Source: Escherichia virus TH13
Sequence record: MT446391.1
Strand: one strand, 5' to 3'
Length of the DNA stretch: 45,377 nucleotides
The notes below the pieces were generated by a model. The model was not told the DNA's origin. It was given only the letters and a program-made list of their open reading frames with translations, and did no database searches. The position numbers and the translations under genes were made by a program. Each line of letters starts with the position of its first letter. Position 1 is the stretch's first letter. Shown piece by piece: positions 26,053 to 34,671 of the stretch.

Positions 26053-26518
26053 TTAATTCACCTTCGCTCATTATTTCGATTTGTGCGCTGCCGTTTGGCG
26101 GCACTTCTTCAAAGATTATCAATTGCTGGCACTTGTTGTTACTCGGCCCGACTTCGCCGGTGACGGCGTGTATAAATCTAATCCGCCAGTCCAGAAGAAT
26201 TATCAGGTTTGCAGTCTTCCTGGCCAGCTTCGCCCACTTCGTCGACGTGTCCTGATTCAGTAGCATGACCGTCCGGCGTCCGTGCGCTGCGCACTCTACC
26301 CACGGCAGCGGATCGGAATACGGCGGATTGCACCACTTCCACCCTTTCAACTCGGACCAGTCCACATCAAGCGCACTGTGTTCCGCCGTGAAGTAACGCG
26401 GTAGCAGATGATTGGCGTCGCTTGCCGCCATATCGTAACGGAATCGGTATTTCCGACGAAGCGGTTTAAATAAAGCTGGCGGCGTGCGCCAGCTATCTTT
26501 TTGCTCATTCTCCGTCAT
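26009..26518 (-). CDS. DNA N6-adenine methyltransferase (phage Dam-like)
   Basis: 169 aa; W-x-TP...F near N-terminus and catalytic NPPYS motif (WKWCNPPYSD). Confidence 0.8.
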   Translation of the reverse strand: MTENEQKDSWRTPPALFKPLRRKYRFRYDMAASDANHLLPRYFTAEHSALDVDWSELKGWKWCNPPYSDPLPWVECAAHGRRTVMLLNQDTSTKWAKLARKTANLIILLDWRIRFIHAVTGEVGPSNNKCQQLIIFEEVPPNGSAQIEIMSEGELNEYLSRRPKSSRRG

Positions 26519-26963
26519 AGTCGGGATCTATCGCATACAGGGCGGTTTTCTTGCCACTGGATAGCACGCGTTGGACTCGGGATAGCTCCGCCCTACTGAG
26601 CGGTCGGCTATCGGAATAGTAGCTGCCGTTTGCACGCCACGCTATACGCACCAGTCCTTTCCGCGGGATCGAAGACTGGCTGCCCTTCGGACGGACGTAC
26701 TCCTCGGCCAGTTTGCAATGCTCGCGCAGACCTTCGGCAGTGATGCGGTTTAGCGCGACGGTGGTTGTGTACCCGGTGCGCTGCATAATACCCATCAACT
26801 CATACAGCAGTTCGAAGCGCTCCTCTAACTCCTTGCGCATCTTTTCCTCGCCTTCATAGCTCGCCAGGTAGGTATCCGCGAGCGCGTTCGCCCGTTCGAC
26901 CTGTTCGCGGGCTTCGAGGCATTGCGCGGCCCAGTAATTTTTCTCTTCTTGTAAAATTTTCAT
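26505..26963 (-). CDS. hypothetical protein
   Basis: 152 aa; RBS ggagacaacacg; no recognisable motif. Confidence 0.5.
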   Translation of the reverse strand: MKILQEEKNYWAAQCLEAREQVERANALADTYLASYEGEEKMRKELEERFELLYELMGIMQRTGYTTTVALNRITAEGLREHCKLAEEYVRPKGSQSSIPRKGLVRIAWRANGSYYSDSRPLSRAELSRVQRVLSSGKKTALYAIDPDYDGE

Positions 26964-26982
26964 CGTGTTGTCTCCAGGTATT

Positions 26983-27007
26983 AAAAAAGGCGTCCAAACC
27001 GGACACC
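26983..27007 (-). terminator. hairpin plus U-tract (terminator or 5-prime leader structure)
   Basis: minus-strand RNA ggugucc-gguuu-ggacgcc followed by U6; lies just downstream of a promoter-like paired motif, so it may instead be an attenuator. Confidence 0.4.
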
Positions 27008-27017
27008 CTTAAGATAA

Positions 27018-27044
27018 TGCAACCAATATGATTATGCAACCAAT
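27018..27044 (-). promoter_or_regulatory. paired ATGCAACCAAT motifs / candidate promoter (TTGCAT-N17-TATCTT on minus strand)
   Basis: two copies of atgcaaccaat 17 bp apart in the intergenic gap between 27045..27368 and 26505..26963. Confidence 0.4.
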
Positions 27045-27368
27045 TTACGCATAAAAGTTCGGGTCGCGTGCGACGTCTACCAGGTAAAGGTTGCTTATGC
27101 GGTTGCCGTAGTGCCCTGGAGTGCGCTGGCGGCACACAACGGCGAAGCCTGGAGGGATTGTATTGCCCGTCTCAATAATCCACGCCACGCGTGCGCCAGA
27201 CAGCGTCTTTCCGTTGCATTCGATACGTGTTCCACCATCGGCAGTATTGATGTTGCCAATCTTGCAGCCGGTGGACTTCAGACGGATGACTCCGGTTTTG
27301 CTGTCGTAGGTGAATAGCTGGTTAGTCATTGCGACTGAAAAATCGATGGTTTCGTATGTAGCGTTCAT
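27045..27368 (-). CDS. hypothetical protein (degenerate HNH-like?)
   Basis: 107 aa; ARVAWIIETGNTIPPGFAVVCRQ...NRISNLYLV loosely resembles the HNH_3-type core but catalytic His/Asn not clearly conserved. Confidence 0.4.
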   Translation of the reverse strand: MNATYETIDFSVAMTNQLFTYDSKTGVIRLKSTGCKIGNINTADGGTRIECNGKTLSGARVAWIIETGNTIPPGFAVVCRQRTPGHYGNRISNLYLVDVARDPNFYA

Positions 27369-28075
27369 TTTAAATTTTCCTCGTTAACCGCTATCGCGAA
27401 GCCGCGCGGAGTGAGTGAGCGGATTAATTTTGTACGAGCGGATTTACCACCGAGGCGACTATACTGTTTCGAGTACCCTTTTTCAACGAAAACAGGTTTC
27501 TTCTCTGGCATACGGAAGCCGTTGCCGGTCCATAAGCAAGTCAGCTTCGGATATGAATCGCGGGCGTTGATGTATTCCGGGAAGAGCGGGTGTACGTCAT
27601 CCTCCGGCAGATACCCCCCATACTCCCACGGGTCGAACGAGTGATCCGGCTTGCGCCACTGGGTGGAAAGCACACTGCGCGGATTCTCAATCATATATGG
27701 CACTTCGAAGAAGTCACCCAGGTAAGCGGCGATCTTCGCGGTGCGCACCGCCTTAAGCTGAAAGGCGGGGTCTTTTGCACGTTTGCGCGGGAAAGCTGGC
27801 GCGCCGCTCACTGCCAGATCCGTACACGGAGGGAACGCATAGATTATATCCGGCGTACCGAAATCGCCATTCATCGCGCGGTCCACAAAGTCCATATCGA
27901 TAAACTCATTGCGATATCGGATTCCACGACCATAAATCCGGTAGTCAAGGTATGATCCGTGATCGGCTTCGGAGTAGTTGAAGCAATAACACTTATGCCC
28001 CATCTCGGCAGCACGCTCAATCATCAAGCCGCTGCCGTCAAACAATGACCAGATTGTCATTTTCGCAATAGTCAT
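27365..28075 (-). CDS. DNA (cytosine-5)-methyltransferase-like protein, unusually short
   Basis: 236 aa; motif I-like SLFDGSG, motif IV-like FPPCTDLAVSG (Pro-Cys dipeptide), motif VI-like MIENP; no room for a typical target-recognition domain or motifs IX/X. Confidence 0.5.
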   Translation of the reverse strand: MTIAKMTIWSLFDGSGLMIERAAEMGHKCYCFNYSEADHGSYLDYRIYGRGIRYRNEFIDMDFVDRAMNGDFGTPDIIYAFPPCTDLAVSGAPAFPRKRAKDPAFQLKAVRTAKIAAYLGDFFEVPYMIENPRSVLSTQWRKPDHSFDPWEYGGYLPEDDVHPLFPEYINARDSYPKLTCLWTGNGFRMPEKKPVFVEKGYSKQYSRLGGKSARTKLIRSLTPRGFAIAVNEENLK

Positions 28076-29496
28076 TTGCGCGCCTTCTTAGCTTTCATGT
28101 ATTCCATCAAGTCGTCCTGAATGTCTCGCTTACTGTCGCGACGCTCGGCGACCAATTCGTCCAGTGTCCCGCGAGCCTGGATAATGTAGACGAATACTGG
28201 TCGAGGGTGTCCGGCTTGCATCTGGCGAACCGGCCCGATACGTTCAACGATCTGCGAAAAGTGTTCAAAGTTCCAGGTGTCTGAGAAGATTGCCAGGTGA
28301 TGACCGCCGTCCTGCAAGTTAAGGCCGTGACCAGCCGATGCCGGGTGTGCGAACATGATGGGGATCTCGCCTCTGTTCCACGCTTCCATATCCTTATTGC
28401 CTTGCTTACCCTTACCCAGCGCTACGCCGTGCGGAAATTTCTTCTTAAGACGTGCCAGGTCATGCTTATACTGATACGCAACGAGCAACGGCGCGCCGTT
28501 CAACTCCTCCACGATACTTTCCAGCGCGTCCAGTTTAGCGTCGTGAATTTTCACCCATTCATCGGTGCGCTCGCCGTCTTCGTCGACCTTATATACGGCC
28601 CCGGAAGCAAGCTGAAGGCACTTAATGGTCTTCGACGCGGCGTTTGCGGCCTCCACAGTTCCGCTTTCCAGTTCGGCAAATAGCTCACTTTCAAACTGGT
28701 CGTAAATCTTGCGGGCTTTCTTCGGCAGGTCCACGACAACCGGCGTATAGATTGGCTTGTCGCACCCGAAGTATTCAGCCGCGTCAACGGTTAGTGATAC
28801 GTCAGACAGGCGTTGTTGTATTTCTTTCTCGGAGTTCTTTAGCGGGGCGTGCTGCATAGTGAAGCTGCCAGGCTTAACCGGCTTGCTAATGAACCAGCGA
28901 TCGGTAAATGCCTTATAGCTACTGCCGAGGCGTTCGCCACCGTCGACAAACCACGTCTGACCCCACAGGTCTTTCAGTCCGTTTGGAGCGGGCGTGCCGG
29001 TCAGGTTAATCCAGCGCTTGACGTGCTTATGTGCGATCGCCGCCAGGGCGCGGGCGCGCTTACTGCCCTGCTTGCTGCGGTAGCCTTTCAGCTTAGTGGA
29101 TTCATCGGCAACAACGACCGTAAAGGGCCACGCATCGCCGTAATAGTCAACCAACCACTCAACCACATCATAGTTAACACAAACCACGTTAGCGTCGCTC
29201 TCAAGCGCTGCAATACGGTCCTTCTCAGGTCCAGTGCCGTCTACGACCAGCAGGGATGAGAATCGCCATTTCTCCTGCTCCGGTGGCCAGGTGCCGGACG
29301 CAACGCGCAGCGGGGCCAGCACCAGTACGCGGTCCTCATGATGGGACAGGACGCCAGTCTGGAACATTTTATTCAGCGCCCACATTGTCGCGCCGGTTTT
29401 ACCGGATCCCATTGTCGCCCATATATTACATCGCTTATGCTTGAGGATGAACGCGGTTATCAACTTCTGATATTCGCGGCGTCGGAATCTTGCCAT
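28072..29496 (-). CDS. SNF2/DEAD-like superfamily 2 helicase
   Basis: Walker A MGSGKTGAT, motif II-like VVADESTK, C-terminal helicase domain; start placed at internal ATG (MARFRRREYQ) to avoid an 86-nt overlap; track ORF extends to 29586. Confidence 0.75.
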   Translation of the reverse strand: MARFRRREYQKLITAFILKHKRCNIWATMGSGKTGATMWALNKMFQTGVLSHHEDRVLVLAPLRVASGTWPPEQEKWRFSSLLVVDGTGPEKDRIAALESDANVVCVNYDVVEWLVDYYGDAWPFTVVVADESTKLKGYRSKQGSKRARALAAIAHKHVKRWINLTGTPAPNGLKDLWGQTWFVDGGERLGSSYKAFTDRWFISKPVKPGSFTMQHAPLKNSEKEIQQRLSDVSLTVDAAEYFGCDKPIYTPVVVDLPKKARKIYDQFESELFAELESGTVEAANAASKTIKCLQLASGAVYKVDEDGERTDEWVKIHDAKLDALESIVEELNGAPLLVAYQYKHDLARLKKKFPHGVALGKGKQGNKDMEAWNRGEIPIMFAHPASAGHGLNLQDGGHHLAIFSDTWNFEHFSQIVERIGPVRQMQAGHPRPVFVYIIQARGTLDELVAERRDSKRDIQDDLMEYMKAKKARK

Positions 29497-29500
29497 GTCT

Positions 29501-29725
29501 TTATTCCGCCTTTTTCCAGACTTCTGTCTCACTGTTCCAGTTCCTTTTTGTGGCGTCGTAGTTGGTGGCGTGTCCGATGTGGACACCGGTAGCCCGGAAG
29601 CTCTTAAATTTTTGCCAGCACACCGTCAACGGCAGCGGGTAATTCATGCCTGCGATAAACCACACGCGATCGCCCGGTTTACATTCGCCCAGCTTGGTGA
29701 GTCGGTAATGTTCTTTCATCGTCAT
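29501..29725 (-). CDS. small hypothetical protein
   Basis: 74 aa; stop immediately precedes the helicase start. Confidence 0.45.
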   Translation of the reverse strand: MTMKEHYRLTKLGECKPGDRVWFIAGMNYPLPLTVCWQKFKSFRATGVHIGHATNYDATKRNWNSETEVWKKAE

Positions 29726-29763
29726 GTCTCTCTAAAAATGGCGGGACAAGCCCGCCGTATTGA

Positions 29764-29937
29764 TTATTCTTGTTCTGCGCGATAGCGGCGCTGCCGTTCG
29801 CGCTCTTTCTTATTGCGGCACGACTTGCACTCGGCCCGATGCCCGTCCGGGCTGCGCGCAGTCTTACCGGTGTATTTGTGGAACTGGGACAGCGGCTTGA
29901 TGCAGCCGCAATTACTGCAACGTTTTTCTTCAATCAT
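29764..29937 (-). CDS. zinc-ribbon protein (CxxC...CxxC)
   Basis: 57 aa from ATG (MIEEKRCSNCGC...ECKSCRNKK) with RBS gagga; track ORF start at 30009 lies inside the duplicated segment. Confidence 0.5.
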   Translation of the reverse strand: MIEEKRCSNCGCIKPLSQFHKYTGKTARSPDGHRAECKSCRNKKERERQRRYRAEQE

Positions 29938-29968
29938 TTCTAAAATCCTCGATAGTGCTAACCGGCAC

Positions 29969-29997
29969 ACTATACCGCTACGCGACCAATTCAGCAA
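29969..29997 (-). promoter_or_regulatory. sigma70-like promoter (TTGCTG-N17-TATAGT) at left edge of tandem duplication; second copy at about 30556..30584
   Basis: -35 overlaps an AGCAACCAAT motif; -10 TATAGT; coordinates approximate. Confidence 0.4.
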
Positions 29998-30256
29998 CCA
30001 ATAAATCACAGTCGGCTATGTTGTCGATAACGCGAACGTCCGCACCGCGGCGGGCCATTCGTTCATGTTCACGTACCTGGTGCGGCTTCGGTTTCCCACC
30101 TGGGCGCTTCACTTCGACGAACACTATTTTGCCGTTGATGATAATAATCAGGTCGGGCGCACCTGCGCGCCCCTCCCATGCCAGTTTTCGGCAGAATCCC
30201 CCAACGGCTTTAACCAGCTTCATCAGGTGACTTTGTATCTTGCCTTCTGGTGTCAT
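29978..30256 (-). CDS. VRR-NUC domain nuclease, copy 1
   Basis: 92 aa; ...FVEVKRPGGKPKPHQ... with conserved D/E-x-K catalytic core typical of VRR-NUC. Confidence 0.8.
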   Translation of the reverse strand: MTPEGKIQSHLMKLVKAVGGFCRKLAWEGRAGAPDLIIIINGKIVFVEVKRPGGKPKPHQVREHERMARRGADVRVIDNIADCDLLVAELVA

Positions 30257-30444
30257 TTGGTCTGCAACTCCACGTTACGCAGACGAAGGTCTACCGGTAT
30301 ATCCGACCGGCCGGTTAGTGCCAGCGCCAGGTTTTCAGGCGTGACGAGTGCCGTAATGGTCTTGCCACGTTCCAGTCTAATGACGATTCGAATCTCGTCA
30401 TTGTCCGTCGCGCCAGCGCGCATAATGCTCATTTCTGCTTTCAT
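30253..30444 (-). CDS. small hypothetical protein, copy 1
   Basis: 63 aa from ATG (MKAEMSIMRAG...) with RBS caggaag; ATGA overlap with VRR-NUC. Confidence 0.45.
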   Translation of the reverse strand: MKAEMSIMRAGATDNDEIRIVIRLERGKTITALVTPENLALALTGRSDIPVDLRLRNVELQTK

Positions 30445-30564
30445 AATCTTACTTCCTGTACCTGTACATAATGTCGCCTTCGGCGGCAAGTGGGAAGCCT
30501 TTCGCCCAAATAGGCAGGTCGCACATCTAAAATCCTCGATAGTGCTAACCGGCACACTATACCG

Positions 30565-30843
30565 CTACGCGACCAATTCAGCAACCAATAAATCACAGTC
30601 GGCTATGTTGTCGATAACGCGAACGTCCGCACCGCGGCGGGCCATTCGTTCATGTTCACGTACCTGGTGCGGCTTCGGTTTCCCACCTGGGCGCTTCACT
30701 TCGACGAACACTATTTTGCCGTTGATGATAATAATCAGGTCGGGCGCACCTGCGCGCCCCTCCCATGCCAGTTTTCGGCAGAATCCCCCAACGGCTTTAA
30801 CCAGCTTCATCAGGTGACTTTGTATCTTGCCTTCTGGTGTCAT
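30565..30843 (-). CDS. VRR-NUC domain nuclease, copy 2
   Basis: identical 92-aa translation to copy 1. Confidence 0.8.
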   Translation of the reverse strand: MTPEGKIQSHLMKLVKAVGGFCRKLAWEGRAGAPDLIIIINGKIVFVEVKRPGGKPKPHQVREHERMARRGADVRVIDNIADCDLLVAELVA

Positions 30844-31031
30844 TTGGTCTGCAACTCCACGTTACGCAGACGAAGGTCTACCGGTATATCCGACCGGCCG
30901 GTTAGTGCCAGCGCCAGGTTTTCAGGCGTGACGAGTGCCGTAATGGTCTTGCCACGTTCCAGTCTAATGACGATTCGAATCTCGTCATTGTCCGTCGCGC
31001 CAGCGCGCATAATGCTCATTTCTGCTTTCAT
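30840..31031 (-). CDS. small hypothetical protein, copy 2
   Basis: identical 63-aa translation; begins 5 nt after DNA polymerase stop. Confidence 0.45.
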   Translation of the reverse strand: MKAEMSIMRAGATDNDEIRIVIRLERGKTITALVTPENLALALTGRSDIPVDLRLRNVELQTK

Positions 31032-31035
31032 AATC

Positions 31036-33327
31036 TTACTTCCTGTACCTGTACATAATGTCGCCTTCGGCGGCAAGTGGGAAGCCTTTCGCCCAAATAG
31101 GCAGGTCGCACATCAGCGCGCAAAGCTCCTCGGTCGTGTAGTCGTCGGTGTCCGGCACTTCTGTGATCAATTCGTCGTGTACTGACAGGACGATTTCATA
31201 TCCGGCAGCTTCAACGCCTGGCATGGACCATGCGAGAATATCGCGGCACAACGCCTGTACGATGTTCTCCGTCAGTTTGCCGCCGTAGGTGTACTGGAAG
31301 CCCCACTGGCGCGTAGTCTGATTCTCGCCCTGGTATTTGATGCGGGTGCTGGTGCGCTTCTTGCCGGTGTCTTCGTCAATCTCGGTCGTGACCGACAGCG
31401 CGATGCCTGGGTAGCTCATGATGCGCCCGGACGGCAACTCAATTTTCAACCACCACCCAGCGGCGTTCGGGTCGTCGCGCTCCTCGTCGAAGGTTGGGTC
31501 GTGCTTCGCCTTCGTGCGCACAATCTTAAGCGCTTTCCTACCGTCCGGGCGAACGTTCGCGCCGGCCCAGTATGCTTTGCCAGGATTGCGGATCGCACAT
31601 AACACCGCGTCCTCAAGCTCGGCCCAAAAGGCTACCGTCTTCGGGTGAGCCTCGCGCCACATACGTTTGATTGCGTCACAAGTCAGCCATACGTTTTTCG
31701 GCAGTATGTATGTTGGGCGCTCGTCCTTCTTACCGGGCTTCGGCGGGCGCTTCGCTTCGTTAATGCGGGCGTACTCATAACCACGTTTCGCCGCGGCCCA
31801 AATGTGATCCGGGAACGTGCCTTTCATCACGTCCGCCATAGTGTAAAGGTCGAGGCCCAGGTTTTTAGCGAACTGCAAGAACGCCGCGACGCCGCCACCA
31901 TAGCCCAGTCCCAATTCACACGCCTTACCGATCTGGCGCAAGTCTTTGCGGTTGGCTTTGATGTAATCCGGGTCAAGGCCGAACATCTTACCGGCAGTCT
32001 CGCAATAGATATCGCGACCGGCCTTAAACACCATTAGCGCGGTTTTCTCGCCCGCGATCCAGGCAAGGCCACGCCCTTCCACGTTGGAGTAGTCCGCGAC
32101 GACAAACTTCTTGCCCTTCGCCGGAATGATGCACCCACGAACGGTCGAGGCGGTCAGCTTAGATATGTCATACGCCCAGTGCGCGGTCCCGCGTAACAGG
32201 GAGTTGATGCCGTTGGTGAGCATGTGCGACCGCACCCAAAACGAGACGTCGCTCTCGCCTTCGCGGCGCTTAATCTTCCCTTCGTGGTCGTCGCTATACT
32301 CGCCGCGTGCCAGGTTTTGCGGCTGGAAGCCTTTACCTGCCCAGCGCAGCGTGCGCTTTGCACCACCATACTGAAGACACCCACGGCGGCGACCATCTGC
32401 GGATAAGCCATTAACGAGCGGATTGTACTTAGTCGAGGCCGTTGATGACGCGCCGAGGCGCATTTCGATAAGCGCTTTGCCTTCGTCGGGGAAGTCCGTG
32501 TCTTCAAGCAGGTCGTTAAGTGTGGATTTCTGCGCGTTGTGGATTGTGAACGCCGGGGCGATATCACGCAGGATTGGCAGGAAGTCATTGCCTGTCAGTT
32601 TACCACCAAATCGCTCCCAGGCTTCCTCCTTCAATTCTTCCTTATGCGCCTGCACCGCTTTGATCGCGGCGTTCGCCAGGTCAACGTCCACATAGAATCC
32701 GCGGTCGTTGATCAACTGGTCAATAAGCAGTATCTCGTCTTCCTTCGGAGTATTACCCCAGTCCGGTATGCGCCAGTAGACCTCACGCATCGCGATAATA
32801 TCCAGCGCGGCATATCGCAGAAATTTGGCCCATTCTTCAGGGTGAGTCTCGCGCGTGTAGCGGCGTATTTTGTAGGTCTTAGGGGTAGGCTTACAGAATC
32901 GTTTGATCAGCGCCTTGCCTGCCTTATCCTTCGCGTGCTCTGCGTCAACGCCCAGCACCTGACACTGCATATCGAGGCTACCCGGCAGCGCGTGCCGAAA
33001 GGCCATAATCATGGTATCTTCGATCTGGCACACTGGCAGGTCAATGCCCCACTTCTCGCGAATGACCAGGCGGTCAAACAGGAGGCCGTTAGCCATCACG
33101 ATTTTTGCTTTCTTGCGGCATACCTGGCGGAGCGCCTTGCGCAGTTCACGCGGCATTGTTGGGGATTCAGTGGCATCCCATGTCTGCACGCGGCCCTCGT
33201 CGATGGCGTATGTGCAAATCATAATCTCGGTGGTTGGGTGCTCTGCGTAGGCGTACGCCCCTACTTTCTTCAGGTCAACCCCGCTGAATGTCTCGGTGTC
33301 GAGAAACAGGCGTTCGAAGTCTTTCAT
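31036..33327 (-). CDS. DNA polymerase, family A (Pol I-like) with N-terminal 3-prime-5-prime exonuclease-like region
   Basis: 763 aa; LSVHDELITEV (motif C-like HDE), ELGLGYGGG motif B-like region; last 26 codons are duplicated in the tandem repeat. Confidence 0.85.
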   Translation of the reverse strand: MKDFERLFLDTETFSGVDLKKVGAYAYAEHPTTEIMICTYAIDEGRVQTWDATESPTMPRELRKALRQVCRKKAKIVMANGLLFDRLVIREKWGIDLPVCQIEDTMIMAFRHALPGSLDMQCQVLGVDAEHAKDKAGKALIKRFCKPTPKTYKIRRYTRETHPEEWAKFLRYAALDIIAMREVYWRIPDWGNTPKEDEILLIDQLINDRGFYVDVDLANAAIKAVQAHKEELKEEAWERFGGKLTGNDFLPILRDIAPAFTIHNAQKSTLNDLLEDTDFPDEGKALIEMRLGASSTASTKYNPLVNGLSADGRRRGCLQYGGAKRTLRWAGKGFQPQNLARGEYSDDHEGKIKRREGESDVSFWVRSHMLTNGINSLLRGTAHWAYDISKLTASTVRGCIIPAKGKKFVVADYSNVEGRGLAWIAGEKTALMVFKAGRDIYCETAGKMFGLDPDYIKANRKDLRQIGKACELGLGYGGGVAAFLQFAKNLGLDLYTMADVMKGTFPDHIWAAAKRGYEYARINEAKRPPKPGKKDERPTYILPKNVWLTCDAIKRMWREAHPKTVAFWAELEDAVLCAIRNPGKAYWAGANVRPDGRKALKIVRTKAKHDPTFDEERDDPNAAGWWLKIELPSGRIMSYPGIALSVTTEIDEDTGKKRTSTRIKYQGENQTTRQWGFQYTYGGKLTENIVQALCRDILAWSMPGVEAAGYEIVLSVHDELITEVPDTDDYTTEELCALMCDLPIWAKGFPLAAEGDIMYRYRK

Positions 33328-33494
33328 TGCTTTATCCTCACTACGGCGTCAGCGCTGCCGATCATGGAGAAGATGCCGTCGGACAGGGCGATCTCTTCTC
33401 CATTGTTGCGAATCTCGGCAACTGTGAAATACTCGCCCAGCAATTTGGACCATACCTGCATTCCGACTTTTACTTCGCTGGCTTTAATACGCAT
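33324..33494 (-). CDS. small hypothetical protein (56 aa)
   Basis: ATG with RBS aggacaatgaaaa; stop overlaps polymerase start (ATGA); below track cutoff; coordinates approximate. Confidence 0.35.
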   Translation of the reverse strand: MRIKASEVKVGMQVWSKLLGEYFTVAEIRNNGEEIALSDGIFSMIGSADAVVRIKQ

Positions 33495-33508
33495 TTTTCA
33501 TTGTCCTA

Positions 33509-33533
33509 TTAAAAAGCCCGCATTAAGCGGGCT
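33509..33533 (-). terminator. rho-independent terminator after SSB-like gene
   Basis: minus-strand agcccgc-uuaau-gcgggcu hairpin followed by U5. Confidence 0.55.
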
Positions 33534-33552
33534 TGAATAGTGGGCTTTGCCC

Positions 33553-34338
33553 TTAACGGCGGCGACGTTTACGTGGCGCTTCGTCTTCGTCGTCGTCCTC
33601 ATCTTCGTCATCGCGTGGCTTACGACGTTTGCGAGGTTTTTCATCTTCCTCATCGTCGTCATCACGACGTTTTGACTTTTTGGACTTGCGCGGCTTGTCA
33701 TCTTCATCATCGTCATCACGACGTTTTGACTTTTTGGACTTGCGCGGTGCTTCGTCTTCGTCGTCGTTGTCGTTGTCCAGGTCTTCATCGGAGCAAGAAG
33801 ACCCGCCACCTCCGAAGGCTTCGCCGTCTTCACGGAATCGCAGACCCAGCAAGCCAGCCCCGAGACCTTTGCCGTTGGTATTGTTCCATGCCCAAATATC
33901 AAGGGACACGTTGCAATAACAACCGGAGTAGATCTCCTGGCCTTCGATCTCGTCGCCTTCTACGTTCAGACCTTGTTCCGTCTGCTTCTCGCCGAGTGAC
34001 GTTTGAATGATCGGCTGTTTGAACGATTTGGCGTTGATATACAACATGCCTTCGAATTCTTCGGTTACTTCGTCGCGCTCGTCACCGTCGCGAACTGCGC
34101 ATTCCTTAGAATCCTGGGCGTAGTGGCGGTCCATCCACTTATCGGCATTCTTCTCGGATTTCAGCTTATCGGTGAGCACTGCGCGCGCTGCCGCTTCCAC
34201 TTTGTCCACCTGCGGATCTTCTTTATCCAGAAGAATAACGGCACGGTATGCCGGTTTTTGACCATCCTGTTTAGGGGTATCACGTTCCCAAATTTTAAGG
34301 AAGCATACGCGCACATTTTTCAGGTTGACTTTAGCCAT
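33553..34338 (-). CDS. ssDNA-binding-like protein with C-terminal charged-repeat tail
   Basis: 261 aa from ATG (MAKVNLKNVRVCF...) with RBS gaggaa; N-terminal OB-fold-like region; C-terminal 18-aa repeats KPRKSKKSKRRDDDDEDD. Confidence 0.5.
   Translation of the reverse strand: MAKVNLKNVRVCFLKIWERDTPKQDGQKPAYRAVILLDKEDPQVDKVEAAARAVLTDKLKSEKNADKWMDRHYAQDSKECAVRDGDERDEVTEEFEGMLYINAKSFKQPIIQTSLGEKQTEQGLNVEGDEIEGQEIYSGCYCNVSLDIWAWNNTNGKGLGAGLLGLRFREDGEAFGGGGSSCSDEDLDNDNDDEDEAPRKSKKSKRRDDDDEDDKPRKSKKSKRRDDDDEEDEKPRKRRKPRDDEDEDDDEDEAPRKRRRR
33659..33747 (-). repeat. in-frame coding tandem repeat (54-bp period) in SSB-like gene
   Basis: tcatcacgacgttttgactttttggacttgcgcgg repeated twice. Confidence 0.6.
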
Positions 34339-34428
34339 TTTCCAATTCCTCATTTTCACATGTATCGGGGTTATTGTGAGCCACCCCGTCCGGCTTGGTT
34401 GCTAATCTACTTGGTTGCGCCTGAGCGG

Positions 34429-34671
34429 TCAAGCATTTTTATTAAAAAGATTTCGTGTCACGTAGTTGGTGGCGTTCTCGATCCAGCTTAACGGCGGGCG
34501 TTCGATGTTCTTTTCCACCCAATCGACGGCAACTTCGCTATAGCCGTCATCCAGCCAGCGGGTCGGATGGCGAATCATCCACGCCACCATTAACACGCCT
34601 TGCACGCAATGCAGGATAAAGCCCAGCGCTCCGAGCAAAAACATCAATAAGATTGCGAATACTTTATTCAT
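34429..34671 (-). CDS. small membrane protein
   Basis: 80 aa; N-terminal hydrophobic helices (VFAILLMFLLGALGFILHCVQGVLMVAWMI). Confidence 0.5.
   Translation of the reverse strand: MNKVFAILLMFLLGALGFILHCVQGVLMVAWMIRHPTRWLDDGYSEVAVDWVEKNIERPPLSWIENATNYVTRNLFNKNA

Larger units (their letters stand above)
29941..31114. repeat. perfect tandem duplication, 2 x 587 bp (29941..30527 and 30528..31114)
   Basis: identical ORF translations in both copies (VRR-NUC 92 aa, small 63-aa protein), identical flanking text; junction has 2-bp microhomology (tc). Confidence 0.85.

Noticed and set aside
29497-29586. Upstream start (29586) for the helicase ORF
   Set aside because: Would overlap the 74-aa gene 29501..29725 by 86 nt in another frame; the internal ATG at 29496 follows that gene's stop and has an RBS.
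29941-31114. Tandem duplication as a signature of direct terminal repeats or a packaging site
   Set aside because: Terminal repeats would sit at contig ends or a genome length apart, not head-to-tail in the middle of the replication operon; a local duplication or assembly artefact is more likely.
30065-31185. Plus-strand ORFs 30065..30817 (250 aa) and 30652..31185 (177 aa) spanning the duplication
   Set aside because: Antisense to the VRR-NUC and small genes; their length and internal repetition are a by-product of the tandem duplication.
32539-33540. Plus-strand ORF 32539..33540 (333 aa)
   Set aside because: Entirely antisense to the well-supported DNA polymerase gene; no RBS; shadow ORF.
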